Virus record (IMG/VR): IMGVR_UViG_3300042868_007692 | Location: 1 to 64,000 of that record | Reading direction: 5' to 3' (one strand) | Length of the DNA: 64,000 nt | Origin: a virus | Shown here: piece by piece, positions 1 through 7,642 of the stretch | How the letters are laid out: each line of letters begins with the position of its first letter | Position numbering within the stretch: the stretch's first letter is position 1 | Program-made: the position numbers and the translations under genes | Notes under the pieces: model-generated | Databases searched by the model: none | Seen by the model: only the letters and a program-made list of their open reading frames with translations | Told to the model about the DNA's origin: nothing

Positions 1-113
1 AAAATTATGAATGTGTGATCCTCCTTAGTTCAAAACCCCCACTAAGTTATAGGATTACAATACCCCTCCAGCATCAAAAGCTAAAGGGAAAATCCTGGCG
101 GGTAAAAAAATAT

Positions 114-140
114 CTCAACACCCACACTAATCTAGAGTAT
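114..140 (+). promoter_or_regulatory. Candidate phage early promoter, copy 1
   Basis: CTCAACACCCACACTAATCTAGAGTAT, 21 nt before the ATG; 24/27 identical to 579..605. Confidence 0.5.
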
Positions 141-161
141 AAACTTTAATAAATAAATCTT

Positions 162-437
162 ATGAACACTATCAATTCTATCAAACAACAACTTGGTTAT
201 GAAACTCTATCTTTGAACACTGTTACAACTGAAGCAGGTGAACAAACATCATGGATGAAACATTGGGATAACAATAGCCGAATTGCTGTACTAATACACA
301 AAGATACATTAGCTAAGATTAAAGCTAATCCTACTATTAGTACATTAGGAATCAAAACAGCTCTTAAACAGGGAGCACAAGGAGAGTATACAGCCCATAC
401 AATTGTAGCTTATACACCAGCAGAGGAGACACTATAG
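162..437 (+). CDS. Hypothetical early protein, paralog 1 of a tandem pair
   Basis: 91 aa ORF; 63/91 residues identical to 625..900 by manual alignment; has its own upstream motif and terminator. Confidence 0.85.
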   Translation: MNTINSIKQQLGYETLSLNTVTTEAGEQTSWMKHWDNNSRIAVLIHKDTLAKIKANPTISTLGIKTALKQGAQGEYTAHTIVAYTPAEETL

Positions 438-451
438 TCTCCTTTGTTTTT
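421..451 (+). terminator. Intrinsic terminator overlapping the stop codon
   Basis: CAGAGGAGAC-actata-GTCTCCTTTG followed by a T run. Confidence 0.75.
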
Positions 452-578
452 ATCCATAAGCCTTAATCAACACTACTAACTTTAACCAACTCTATAACCT
501 TGTGGCAACACATAGTTATAGAGTTATCTTTTTTATTTTATCTCTTTATCTTTTCTCTTTATCTTAAAATTGCCTCCT

Positions 579-605
579 CTCAACACCCTCACTAATTTAT
601 AGTAT
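579..605 (+). promoter_or_regulatory. Candidate phage early promoter, copy 2
   Basis: CTCAACACCCTCACTAATTTATAGTAT, 19 nt before ATG 625. Confidence 0.5.
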
Positions 606-624
606 TAATTTTAAATATTTAAAG

Positions 625-900
625 ATGGCAAATTTAGCTGAGATTAAAAGAGAGTTAGGTTATGATGTATTAAACCTAAATACAGTGACCACAGAGAGTG
701 GAGAAAACACTGAATGGATGAAGCAATGGGATAATGAGAATAGAATAGCTGTTCTTATCCATAAGGACACATTAGCTAAAGTAAAAGCTAAGCCTGGAAT
801 AGCTTCATTGGGAATAAATACCCAAGTAAAACAAGGGGCTAAAGGAGAATACATAGCTAAAACTATTGTTGCTTACACAGAAGCAGAAGAGACTTTATAG
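625..900 (+). CDS. Hypothetical early protein, paralog 2
   Basis: 91 aa, colinear paralog of 162..437. Confidence 0.85.
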   Translation: MANLAEIKRELGYDVLNLNTVTTESGENTEWMKQWDNENRIAVLIHKDTLAKVKAKPGIASLGINTQVKQGAKGEYIAKTIVAYTEAEETL

Positions 901-914
901 TCTCTTTTGTTTTT
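884..914 (+). terminator. Intrinsic terminator overlapping the stop codon
   Basis: CAGAAGAGAC-tttata-GTCTCTTTTG plus T run; compensatory base-pair change relative to copy 1. Confidence 0.75.
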
Positions 915-1020
915 CCTTTATTTTCCTTTATTTTTCTCTGTTTTTAGGGGATAAAAGTATGGGTTAGACCTCTCCTACCCTTTTCAATACATTTTCAAAT
1001 TACCTCAATTACATAACATA

Positions 1021-1427
1021 TATTTTAATAGCTTTTATTATTTAATCCTTAATCCAACTCACAATGAAAAAACTAACCTTTCTCCTATTAGTAGGAGTTA
1101 CTTGTTACTTAGGTGGCATTTTTTTAGGTCAATTAATTAGACCTTCATTAAATTCAAATCAACCTGTATTTATATGGAATGATGACCTTGAAGGAATTCC
1201 TGTAGATAGTACACCTATTCTTTTAGAATTTAGTTCTAAGAACCAAGATACTATTTACATAGGCTCTTTAGATGGCTATGATAAATCAGAATACCAATTC
1301 ACAATTACTGATGATTCAATTACAGTAACAGACTTTGGTAGAATAGTAGGCACAGTTAAAGTAGAAGGTCAATTAGAACAACTACTTATCAAAGACAATG
1401 AATAAGCTATTTTAATAGCTTTTATTA
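1021..1427 (+). repeat. Perfect 20-bp direct repeat flanking one gene
   Basis: TATTTTAATAGCTTTTATTA at 1021-1040 and 1408-1427. Confidence 0.8.
1064..1405 (+). CDS. Membrane-anchored or secreted hypothetical protein
   Basis: 113 aa; N-terminal MKK plus hydrophobic stretch. Confidence 0.75.
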   Translation: MKKLTFLLLVGVTCYLGGIFLGQLIRPSLNSNQPVFIWNDDLEGIPVDSTPILLEFSSKNQDTIYIGSLDGYDKSEYQFTITDDSITVTDFGRIVGTVKVEGQLEQLLIKDNE

Positions 1428-1738
1428 AACTAATGGAGATGAAGAATGCACCTAGTTAACAAGGTCCATAAAAGCAAGCTGACATTATCAGGGAGCCATT
1501 AGTTTATTTATTACACCTCTAATAATTGAGGTCAGTTAGCATAAGACGGAACAACAATGCACCTTAGTCCAGGTTTTTTGGCTCAATCATCTAATTAGGG
1601 AATTAAAGTAGGAACTAGCAACCTACCATAATTGAGCTGTTATTGTTATTTATTAAGTAAACGGAGTGCTAGGGTGGGAAGCCTTTAATAAATAACTATT
1701 TAAACCAATTATTAAATTTAATCATTTAATCCAACACA

Positions 1739-1936
1739 ATGAAAAAATCAGAAGAAACTAAACAAACTATGTGGGAAACATGGTTTGTTGCATCAGTTAT
1801 CATTTTATTTGCCTTCTTCTTTGTAGGCACATTAGATAATAGTAAAACAGAATTTCCTAATTGGCTACCATTTATGTTAGCTTCTTGTATTAACCTTATA
1901 ATCTGTATTTATTATGGATTTAAAACATCTAAATAA
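1739..1936 (+). CDS. Small membrane protein (2 TM)
   Basis: 65 aa with two hydrophobic segments; leader TAATCCAACACA like that of 1064. Confidence 0.7.
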   Translation: MKKSEETKQTMWETWFVASVIILFAFFFVGTLDNSKTEFPNWLPFMLASCINLIICIYYGFKTSK

Positions 1937-1938
1937 TT

Positions 1939-2220
1939 ATGATTGTAGAATTCACAAATTATGATAGTGATTACAGTTATGTAAGAAGTTATTACAGTGT
2001 AAACTTCCCAGATATAAACTTAAAAGCAAAAGAAGATATTTTTTTAATAGACTTTGAAAGTTTTTTAAAAGTAGGCTCTCTATTGTATTCAGAAAATAAA
2101 GAAAATTATGCAGGCCTTAAAGAAATTTATGGTATTACTTTTACAATAGTAAGTATTACTCATAAATACAATAAAGATAAAGGAGGCCACATATTATTAG
2201 TAGTAATAAAAGAATCATGA
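1939..2220 (+). CDS. Hypothetical protein
   Basis: 93 aa ORF tightly packed with neighbours. Confidence 0.65.
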   Translation: MIVEFTNYDSDYSYVRSYYSVNFPDINLKAKEDIFLIDFESFLKVGSLLYSENKENYAGLKEIYGITFTIVSITHKYNKDKGGHILLVVIKES

Positions 2221-2591
2221 GCTGGTCTAATTTTCCTGAGAACTGGGAAACAGATGCACCACACATTGAAGTACTTGATATTGATAAAGTGCCTACAGAA
2301 TTAACTGTGGGCACTAAATATCATGTAACTTGGGCATCTAAACCAGGTATGGTATGGGTTCTCAAAGGTATAAGCCAAAATAATCAGGCTATTCTTGAAA
2401 CCCCAAGATCCAAAAAGATTATACATACTCATGTACATAATCTTAGACACATTAACAAAAATGCCCTTCAACAGGCTAAGTTAAGAATTAAAAAAGAGAA
2501 GAGAAAAATAACAATTATTAGTGGTACTCAAGAGATAATATCTAGTAATGCTAATACTTGGGGAGAACTTAAAAAAGAGATAAAGATTTAA
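2217..2591 (+). CDS. Hypothetical protein ending in a fragment similar to the Ubl N-terminus
   Basis: ATGA overlap; C-terminal RKITIISGTQEIISSNANTWGELKKEI resembles REVTIYATRGGNMKKIMTSVKTWGELQPLV of 22358..23107. Confidence 0.7.
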   Translation: MSWSNFPENWETDAPHIEVLDIDKVPTELTVGTKYHVTWASKPGMVWVLKGISQNNQAILETPRSKKIIHTHVHNLRHINKNALQQAKLRIKKEKRKITIISGTQEIISSNANTWGELKKEIKI

Positions 2592-2819
2592 CTATCAATT
2601 AGTTAACCTACTTTACTTAAAGCTCTTATACCTTAAAGAAAGAAAGTACCAAAGAAAGAAAACTATACAGTTAGTCTAGTGGGACAAGAAGTTTGTCTCA
2701 TAGTCTTACTCTGTTGCACTGTAGTGCACATAGAAAACTATGTTAAGGCAAAGTTATAAAAAATAAATTTAATAATCAAGTGTTTTATATAATTTAAAAC
2801 CAATCTAAATCCAATCAAA

Positions 2820-2978
2820 ATGGCACAAAAAAGAACACACTTTAAAACAGGTGCATTAGTAGCTTCTACTAATAACCTTAGACGTATCCAAGCTAAAAGA
2901 TTTGATACTTTAGTAAGATATGTAGATGGGATATCTCCATCAATAATCAGTACAAGAATCATAGGTTTTAAATCATAA
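2820..2978 (+). CDS. Small basic hypothetical protein (52 aa, not in the ORF track)
   Basis: MAQKRTHFKTGALVASTNNLRRIQAKRF...GFKS*; preceded by AATCCAATCAAA leader like other early genes; ends 5 nt before the next ATG. Confidence 0.65.
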   Translation: MAQKRTHFKTGALVASTNNLRRIQAKRFDTLVRYVDGISPSIISTRIIGFKS

Positions 2979-2983
2979 CAATT

Positions 2984-3271
2984 ATGAAACTGAAAGAATT
3001 AAAAGCTAAAATAAAACATTTTACAAATGTTTTAAAAAGTAGATTATCTCAAATACTTGAACCACAACCTGAGATTCAAGTAGACTATGTAGATAAAGTA
3101 GTACATCTTTTAAGAAGAGATTTTAGTACTGCAAAACAGAATGAAATACTATTATCCATAGGTCAAAAACTTTCTAATTTAAGAGAAGAAGACATGAGGA
3201 GAATAGAGAAGGAATATGCCACTTTACAAGAGAACACAAATACTCTTAAAGATAAAATGGCTTTAGTTTAA
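2984..3271 (+). CDS. Hypothetical coiled-coil protein
   Basis: 95 aa ORF. Confidence 0.7.
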   Translation: MKLKELKAKIKHFTNVLKSRLSQILEPQPEIQVDYVDKVVHLLRRDFSTAKQNEILLSIGQKLSNLREEDMRRIEKEYATLQENTNTLKDKMALV

Positions 3272-3371
3272 ATTTAGGTTGGATTAGATTTAACGGTAAG
3301 ATTAAAGAGGAGTCAGACTTCTTTGAAGCATCCTCTTCTTTTCTTATTAATCCACTTATAATTAATAATAT

Positions 3372-3447
3372 AAACAGTTTGTTGAAGCCAATAGTAATAA
3401 AACCGACTATGTGATGCAATCCCTATAAAGCCGGATACAAACTGTTT
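3372..3447 (+). ncRNA. Small structured RNA motif (possibly Flavo-1-like)
   Basis: 11-bp stem AAACAGTTTGT/ACAAACTGTTT enclosing TGAAGCC..AACCGACTATGTGATGCAATCC..AAAGCCGGAT; retains two CG dinucleotides; family name is from memory and unverified. Confidence 0.5.
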
Positions 3448-3463
3448 TTAAAATAATATTAAC

Positions 3464-4474
3464 ATGAGTAAATATAGATTTAAAACTGAAGAAGAGTTTA
3501 AAAAAGAAGGACTTTGGGATAAAAATTGCCCTCAAAGATGGACTATCTCAGGAAACATGAACAAATATCTTGGTCAAGATATACCTAAAGAATATAATAG
3601 GTATTGTGATGAAGGAAAATCATTTAGCTATAATGGCTGGTCTTTTAGTAGTCAAGATTATATATTAAAAGAATCTGTCTCTCAATACACCAAAGGTAAA
3701 TGGTATAATTGTAAAAGATGGAATTCTAAAAATGATTTTGTTAGACTAACAAAAGTTGTTGATGGCCAAGCTTATTTTACAGAATGTCTTGATAAAGGAA
3801 AGTATAGCAGTGGAAAAGAAAACTGGTGGATATTTGATAATACTGAATACCCATTATTTGAAGCTGATATGTCTATTGTTAGTCCTCTTCTTCCTGATGG
3901 ACATCCTGATAAAATATTTACTAAAGAGTTTTCTTTTATTCTTCCTGAAAAATGGTGTATTAAACTTACTGGAGAGAATATTGAAACATTAGGTAAATGG
4001 AGAACTTCAGGTCCTATAACAGCTGAAAGATATATAACAGAAAGTTGGTATCTACATACACCTAAACATGGAGCTAGAGGTTATAATGAACCTAAAAAAG
4101 ATCCTGATTACACAGAGATTACATTTGAACAGTTTAAACAGTATGTATTAACACCTTCTAATGATGCAAAGATTGTTCCTGAAAAAGAAAATTATGAAGG
4201 TAGAACTATTAGAGCTTTAGTAAAAAGTCCTCAAGGTACACAGGTACAAATAGGAGAAACAATTTGTATTATTCAACTTCTTCATAGTAGCTATAAATTA
4301 GGTATGAATTCTTCAGGTACATCAGGTCTGTATATTGATTATCCTCTTAATCTTAATCAATGGGAATTAGTTTCTGAAGATGCATATCCAAGTATTAAAA
4401 AAGAAACATTTATAGATAATGTGCAGTCTGTAGATGTAATATTACGCACAAAAAAGAAAACAATTAAATTTTAA
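3464..4474 (+). CDS. Hypothetical multi-module protein
   Basis: 336 aa, several short Trp/Tyr-rich modules. Confidence 0.8.
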   Translation: MSKYRFKTEEEFKKEGLWDKNCPQRWTISGNMNKYLGQDIPKEYNRYCDEGKSFSYNGWSFSSQDYILKESVSQYTKGKWYNCKRWNSKNDFVRLTKVVDGQAYFTECLDKGKYSSGKENWWIFDNTEYPLFEADMSIVSPLLPDGHPDKIFTKEFSFILPEKWCIKLTGENIETLGKWRTSGPITAERYITESWYLHTPKHGARGYNEPKKDPDYTEITFEQFKQYVLTPSNDAKIVPEKENYEGRTIRALVKSPQGTQVQIGETICIIQLLHSSYKLGMNSSGTSGLYIDYPLNLNQWELVSEDAYPSIKKETFIDNVQSVDVILRTKKKTIKF

Positions 4475-4485
4475 TCCTTAAAAAC

Positions 4486-4839
4486 ATGAACAAAATGAAA
4501 AGTTTCGTAAAAGAAGTAGTAGCTATTATTAGTGGTGACAATGCTGAAGCAACAGGTCAAAAAATCTTAAGACAAGCAGATAGTGCTTTTAAAACACAAA
4601 TTGCTTCTCTTTCAGGTAGAACAATATCTTTAGAAGATAATGTTGAAGATGCAAAAGAAAGTTTAAGATTGGCAAAACTTAACAATGGTAAAGTTATGCC
4701 TACAGAGTTAGACAGAAACTGTTTTATAGAAGAGTTGTTAAATGCTAAAAACAAAGTTACTGATTGTGAAGAAGCTCTTGAAGTACATTTAGCAAAAATT
4801 GCTTTCTTACAAGAAATGCATGATTCTTTAGACAAGTAA
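4486..4839 (+). CDS. Hypothetical helical protein
   Basis: 117 aa, heptad-like pattern. Confidence 0.8.
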   Translation: MNKMKSFVKEVVAIISGDNAEATGQKILRQADSAFKTQIASLSGRTISLEDNVEDAKESLRLAKLNNGKVMPTELDRNCFIEELLNAKNKVTDCEEALEVHLAKIAFLQEMHDSLDK

Positions 4840-4846
4840 TAGAATT

Positions 4847-4916
4847 AAGGCATGTGATAAAATAGTTATATAACAAGGTTAATTAACTTATTTGGGAAAA
4901 TTTCACATGCCTTTTT
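4847..4916 (+). terminator. Long hairpin or terminator
   Basis: AAGGCATGTGA...TCACATGCCTT followed by a T run. Confidence 0.5.
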
Positions 4917-5011
4917 AAAACAAGGCTAAACATTGAACCTTTGTAAATAAAAGACAATATACTAGTGTAAGTACAATAGTGTGCACATTATTTACATAAA
5001 GATACTAATCC

Positions 5012-5335
5012 TAAATTGACAAGATATTAATGAGTACATATTTAATAATCAAAATCCTATTTCAATAGGTTAGTTATTAAATACCCCTTACTGAGGTGGT
5101 CTACTGCTTTTAAGGCATAGATATTAATGGAGTAATCCTAGAACGTGAGTTGCCTTGAGAAAGCAATGTCCTATAAAAAGAGAGTCATCAGGATCTCTAC
5201 TCACGTAATGAATTCTCAGCAAGTAGTGATGGTCAGAAAGTAACATCTAAAATATTAAAGACCTAATCCTACGTGACCCTACTCTTATTGCTGCTCTATT
5301 GAAACAGAATAAGAAAGAGGGTGCTAAATTATATA
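5012..5335 (+). ncRNA. Candidate structured ncRNA upstream of tmRNA
   Basis: No ORF; nested helices ACGTGAGT(5143-5150)/ACTCACGT(5199-5206), ACCCT/AGGGT, TCTTATT/AATAAGA, GGTC/GACC. Confidence 0.45.
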
Positions 5336-5339
5336 TTAT

Positions 5340-5785
5340 GGGGTAGCCGGGTATTGACCTGCCATAGTAGATTTAAAGATTCAGCCAGAGAGATAACTGT
5401 AAACTAAGATGAACATAATAAATGACAATCATTTAGAAAATGCTCAAGTACAAGCTAATATGACAGTTGTACACAATATCTTAAATGGTATTGAAGAATT
5501 GTCTTCTGCTTCAAAAGAAGTGGAGTTGGCTGTGGCTGCCTAAGCCAAAGATTAGGACCATAACTTAGGTTAAAGTTAATACTCCCTTTTGCTAGTTTGG
5601 GATAAAACTAGATGGTGGAGGCTTGCTGTTTACAGTTGGCCCTTTTCTTGCATTGCCAAAGCAGAAGTAAAAGATACATTGGCAAAACTTGAATGATACT
5701 TCAAGTATAAAACTGTATCAAAAGCTGTAATAAATCTTTATTTTGAGATGACCAGGTAACGTGGGTTCAACTCCCACCTACTCCA
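5340..5785 (+). ncRNA. ssrA: tmRNA (transfer-messenger RNA)
   Basis: Acceptor GGGGTAG/CTACTCC with G3.U pair and discriminator A; T-arm GTGGG-TTCAACT-CCCAC; helix 2 ACCTG/CAGGT and AAAGATT/AATCTTT; tag frame 5424-5543 ending LAVAA-TAA; CCA not encoded. Confidence 0.95.
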
Positions 5786-5789
5786 CTTA

Positions 5790-5884
5790 GGGAAATTCAT
5801 TTTGGAATTATGAGGGAAGTTCTCATAATCATAGGTCAAGATCCTTGAAAAATAGGTACAAGGGTTCAAACCCCTTATTTCCCT
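5790..5884 (+). tRNA. Non-canonical tRNA-like element
   Basis: 7-bp acceptor GGGAAAT/ATTTCCC stacked on T-arm AAGGG-TTCAAAC-CCCTT; no canonical D or anticodon arms. Confidence 0.5.
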
Positions 5885-6156
5885 CTACAAACATTGTCAA
5901 CACGAGGTCCTTCATTCCATTGTATCCTAAAACAATAAAACTCTTGAGTTTAAATATTGTAAGTGAGCTGGTCACAGACAAGCTGTAGTACAGAGGTTTG
6001 GGTCAGAGTAACTAACAAGTGTTTGGCTTTGCCATGATCTTAAGAATATCTCTCTGACTTTTAAACTAAAAAGGCAAAACTTAATTTAAAACAAATCTCT
6101 ATATATGGAATAGGTTATTGCCTTCCTATAAAGTATGTAGAACAACAAAACACATT

Positions 6157-6798
6157 ATGAATACACAAATTTCAAACACAGAAAATCAAGGAGTAAGAAA
6201 ATCAGTTACTAAATCTCCTTTAGAAGTAACAAGAGTGCATGCAACTGCTTATCAAAAAGAGGGAACTCTTACAGCAGAAATTAAACAGACTGTGACTACA
6301 AAGTCATTTTACCCATCAAAGTCTGTAAGCAACAATATGCAAGATAATCCTTTTGCAAATTCAGATTTTGGATTTGAAGAAAAAGAATATAGTGCAGATG
6401 AAAAAAGAGTTGCATGGGTTGATGTTCCTGCAGGTTCTACTGTAGAATCTGTAGTAGCTAAATTAGCTGCTTTACCTACAGCTACAATCCGTAAAGTATT
6501 GGCTAATAGACCAATCATTACTGATAGCCAACAATATGCTATTAGTGCAGGATTAACTTCAATGGATGCTATTGCTGATAAGCAAGTAGTTAGATATCCA
6601 GAAGGAAATCCACAAGCAGGACAACTAATCTTAAAAGATGGTAAACCTCAATATAAAGCTACATACTTTAAGAATGCAGCTATTGAAGACCAAGATTTAA
6701 GAACTGCAGATCCTGCTGATTTTTATGCTACTCCTACTATGAAAGTAGAATTAGCTGGTATTACAACTACTATCTCAGCAGAGCAAAGTGTATTGTAA
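6157..6798 (+). CDS. Hypothetical protein (possibly ssDNA-binding)
   Basis: ATG 6157 after an A-rich leader is preferred to TTG 6118; followed by a terminator; function unsupported beyond context. Confidence 0.75.
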   Translation: MNTQISNTENQGVRKSVTKSPLEVTRVHATAYQKEGTLTAEIKQTVTTKSFYPSKSVSNNMQDNPFANSDFGFEEKEYSADEKRVAWVDVPAGSTVESVVAKLAALPTATIRKVLANRPIITDSQQYAISAGLTSMDAIADKQVVRYPEGNPQAGQLILKDGKPQYKATYFKNAAIEDQDLRTADPADFYATPTMKVELAGITTTISAEQSVL

Positions 6799-6816
6799 TA
6801 AATAGACAGTAAAATT

Positions 6817-6849
6817 AGAGAGTGAGGATATTTCCTTACTCTCTTTTTT
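6817..6849 (+). terminator. Intrinsic terminator
   Basis: AGAGAGTGAGGA-tatt-TCCTTACTCTCT plus T run. Confidence 0.85.
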
Positions 6850-6868
6850 ATTTCTAAGAGTACTTACC

Positions 6869-6876
6869 TATTTTTG
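6869..6876 (+). promoter_or_regulatory. Bacteroidetes-type -7 promoter element
   Basis: TATTTTTG (TAnnTTTG) just after the terminator, at the head of the replication block. Confidence 0.55.
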
Positions 6877-6907
6877 TAAATTGTTAAATCAACCTAAATT
6901 ACTTATT

Positions 6908-7210
6908 ATGAGTCAAAAAAAAGAATTAACCTTGCTTAAAGGTTTTTATGTTAATATCTCTGAACCAATTACTTTAGTTTCTAAAGAAGGTCCAGCTAAA
7001 AAAAGAGCTGTAGTAACTATTGAAACTGCAGATGGTCAAGTAGGTTTCTTTGAAGTAAGAGATGCTATTATAAACAGAATTAATAAGCTAGGCTTATTAC
7101 AAGGAGATGAAATCACTATTGGATTTGTATTCATAGGTGTTAAGAAGAATGATAAAATTTATAACAATTTATTTATAAATCAGATAGATTATGTCAACTC
7201 AAGAGGATAG
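6908..7210 (+). CDS. OB-fold / DUF3127-like protein
   Basis: GDEITIGFVFIG..K.NDKIYNNL pattern; ATG 6908 preferred. Confidence 0.55.
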   Translation: MSQKKELTLLKGFYVNISEPITLVSKEGPAKKRAVVTIETADGQVGFFEVRDAIINRINKLGLLQGDEITIGFVFIGVKKNDKIYNNLFINQIDYVNSRG

Positions 7211-7640
7211 AAATAGAAAAATTACAGATGCTAATTTACAATTCTTAGTATTACTAAATTTAGTAATTGAAAAGATAGAATACTTAGAAACTGAAGGGTT
7301 TATTTATGGCTCTCTTAAAAACTTTCTTAAGAATGGTAAAAAACAATTTGAATCTTTTATTAGTAAAGTATTTAAAATTCAAGATACTATAGAAGAAGAC
7401 ACTGCTTTAAGTTCAAGTACTAAACTTCTTGTTATGCAAGAAAGAGTAGAAAAAGCTTTAGAAAATGATTACATTATTACTTCTGAAGAAAGAATGTTAA
7501 GAGCAAAAGCCATATTAAAAGACTATATTACTCCTGTTTATGAATTAGGAGATAGTCCAGAAAAATTAGAGCTTAAAAAAGAGCTTTTAATAGATGAAGT
7601 TTTAGAAAAAATGTATGAAAAAAATCTATTTAATTTTTAG
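7191..7640 (+). CDS. Hypothetical protein
   Basis: 149 aa ORF overlapping the previous gene. Confidence 0.75.
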   Translation: MSTQEDRNRKITDANLQFLVLLNLVIEKIEYLETEGFIYGSLKNFLKNGKKQFESFISKVFKIQDTIEEDTALSSSTKLLVMQERVEKALENDYIITSEERMLRAKAILKDYITPVYELGDSPEKLELKKELLIDEVLEKMYEKNLFNF

Positions 7641-7642
7641 TT

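Noticed and set aside
586-595. CCCTCACTAA matches the core of the phage T3 promoter
   Set aside because: The other copies differ at this position, the flanks do not match, and the encoded RNAP is a DxDxD two-barrel type rather than T7-like; treated as coincidence
1426-1506. Three-way junction resembling a hammerhead ribozyme
   Set aside because: The CUGANGA and GAAA core sequences are not present
5134-5330. SAM-I riboswitch-like words (ATC..., TGAA..CAGCAA, GGTGCTAAAT)
   Set aside because: No closing P1 (GAT) strand, no P4 or pseudoknot partner, and the downstream element is tmRNA rather than a metabolic gene; kept only as an unassigned ncRNA
1-6100. CRISPR-like or regularly spaced repeat array in the non-coding early region
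   Set aside because: Repeats occur only two or three times with gene-sized, irregular spacing; no cas genes
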